The position numbers and the translations under genes are program-made. Positions 62,923 through 64,000 of a DNA stretch of 64,000 nt are shown in pieces (positions within the stretch are counted from its first letter, which is position 1; every line of letters starts with the position of its first letter). The DNA is from Candidatus Lustribacter sp. Lineage in GTDB: Bacteria > Vulcanimicrobiota > Vulcanimicrobiia > Vulcanimicrobiales > Vulcanimicrobiaceae. The DNA is taken from positions 224,001 to 288,000 of the forward strand of contig OZ255842.1 of the NCBI GenBank assembly GCA_965277805.1, in the 5' to 3' direction. Under the pieces are notes generated by a model. It worked only from the letters and a program-made list of their open reading frames with translations, had not been told where the DNA came from and did no database searches.

Positions 62923-64000
62923 GTACTCGCGCAACGCAGGTGCCGGCTTGGGCACCGAAGATCGATCCGTCACGCTGGGTCGACAACCGTGTCTACACCG
63001 ATCCGCACGTCTACGAGCGCGAGACCGAGCGCATCTTCATGCAAACGTGGCTGTTTGCGGGCCACGAAAGCGAAGTGCGCAACGCCGGCGACTACGTGAC
63101 GCTGAGCTTGCTCGAGCAGCCGTTGATCCTCGTGCGCGGCAGCGACAACGTGGTGCGCGCGTTCTACAATACGTGCCGCCATCGCGGTTCGCGCGTGCTG
63201 CTCGATGATTGCGGTCATGCCGCTGCCTTCCGGTGTCCCTATCACTTCTGGTCCTACGACCTCAGCGGCAACCTCATCGGCGTGCCCGGTGAAGAAGCGT
63301 ACGACGGCAGCGGCTTCGTCAAAGAAGAGAACCCGCTCGTCGGCGTGCGCTGCGAAGTGGCGCTCGGCCTCGTGTTCGTGTGCTTCAACCAGCAGGCGCC
63401 GCCGTTGCGCGACTATCTCGGACCGAAGGTGATCGAGACGCTCTCGACGCCGCTCGCCAACGCGGATTTCGAAGTCGTGAAGTACTACGGCTACGAGATG
63501 CCGATCAACTGGAAAGTGTTTGCCGAGAATGCGCGCGACGGTTATCACGTGCCGTTCGTGCACCCGTTCTTCCGCAAAGCGAGCCCGCCCGGGCCGTATT
63601 ATCTCTTCGAGGGCGGCCACGCCGTGCAAACGCTCGGCATGGACCCCACCGGCATCGAACCCGAGCTGTGGGTGCGTTTGCAAGAGCACACGTTGCCCGG
63701 CGTCGAGACTGGCGACGGCTACATCGTCACGCTGTTTCCCGATGCGACGATCACACTGCGTTCGAACGTGATCTCGATCGATTCGCAGCGTGCGCTTGGG
63801 CCGAAAAAGGTGCGCATGGAGAGCCGCGTGCTCGGTCTGCGCGGCGATTCCGAGGCGGTTCGCGAAGTGCGCGCGCTCGGTCACGCAACGTGGTTCCTCA
63901 ACCCGGTCGAACTCGAGGACGGGCCGATCTTCGTCGGTCAGCAAGAAGGCGTGGCTGCGCAAGGCGTTCGCTACAGCGTGATCGCGCGCGGCGCCGACGC
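62919..64000 (+). CDS. Aromatic ring-hydroxylating Rieske dioxygenase alpha subunit (runs off the window edge)
   Basis: Not in the ORF track; hand translation from ATG 62919: VYTDPHVYERETERIF..W, FYNTCRHRG...CPYHFWSY, NWKVFAENARDGYHVPFVH. Confidence 0.93.
   Translation, partial: MSTRATQVPAWAPKIDPSRWVDNRVYTDPHVYERETERIFMQTWLFAGHESEVRNAGDYVTLSLLEQPLILVRGSDNVVRAFYNTCRHRGSRVLLDDCGHAAAFRCPYHFWSYDLSGNLIGVPGEEAYDGSGFVKEENPLVGVRCEVALGLVFVCFNQQAPPLRDYLGPKVIETLSTPLANADFEVVKYYGYEMPINWKVFAENARDGYHVPFVHPFFRKASPPGPYYLFEGGHAVQTLGMDPTGIEPELWVRLQEHTLPGVETGDGYIVTLFPDATITLRSNVISIDSQRALGPKKVRMESRVLGLRGDSEAVREVRALGHATWFLNPVELEDGPIFVGQQEGVAAQGVRYSVIARGAD

Noticed and set aside
1-64000. Whole window as a horizontally acquired catabolic island
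   Set aside because: No mobility genes, tRNA anchor or visible compositional boundary; paralogue families and promoter style are uniform, suggesting native lineage-specific expansion.

Overview
High-GC, very gene-dense bacterial window of about 65 CDS, with no rRNA, tRNA, CRISPR, transposase or integrase seen. It is dominated by aromatic/heterocycle catabolism and solute uptake. It holds 7 Rieske oxygenase alpha subunits with no cognate reductase and 16 solute-binding proteins (9 SsuA/TauA/THI5-type, 5 LivK-type, 1 family-5, 1 family-3-like) but only two permeases and no ABC ATPase. It also has many amidohydrolases, cupins, VOC proteins, SDRs, esterases and a ThDP enzyme, plus prs and a class I aldolase. 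The gene repertoire suggests a soil Terrabacteria lineage such as Eremiobacterota (inference, unverified). Most unusual items: (1) a two-gene secreted module at 5515-6565, where a protein made of six copies of a beta-strand-like motif sits beside a small two-Cys beta protein whose mature N-terminus carries the same motif (candidate donor-strand fibre/scaffold system); (2) tandem paralogues at 59088-60301 with a 3-hydroxyanthranilate-dioxygenase-like rubredoxin tail and apparently reordered cupin metal motifs, only one keeping candidate metal ligands; (3) a repeated SigH-like promoter architecture 6-7 nt before start codons inside near-constant 54-61 bp divergent spacers; (4) an HTH-fused pseudo-citrate synthase; (5) a probable ATC start codon. 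All functional calls rest on motifs read by eye; no database search was run.
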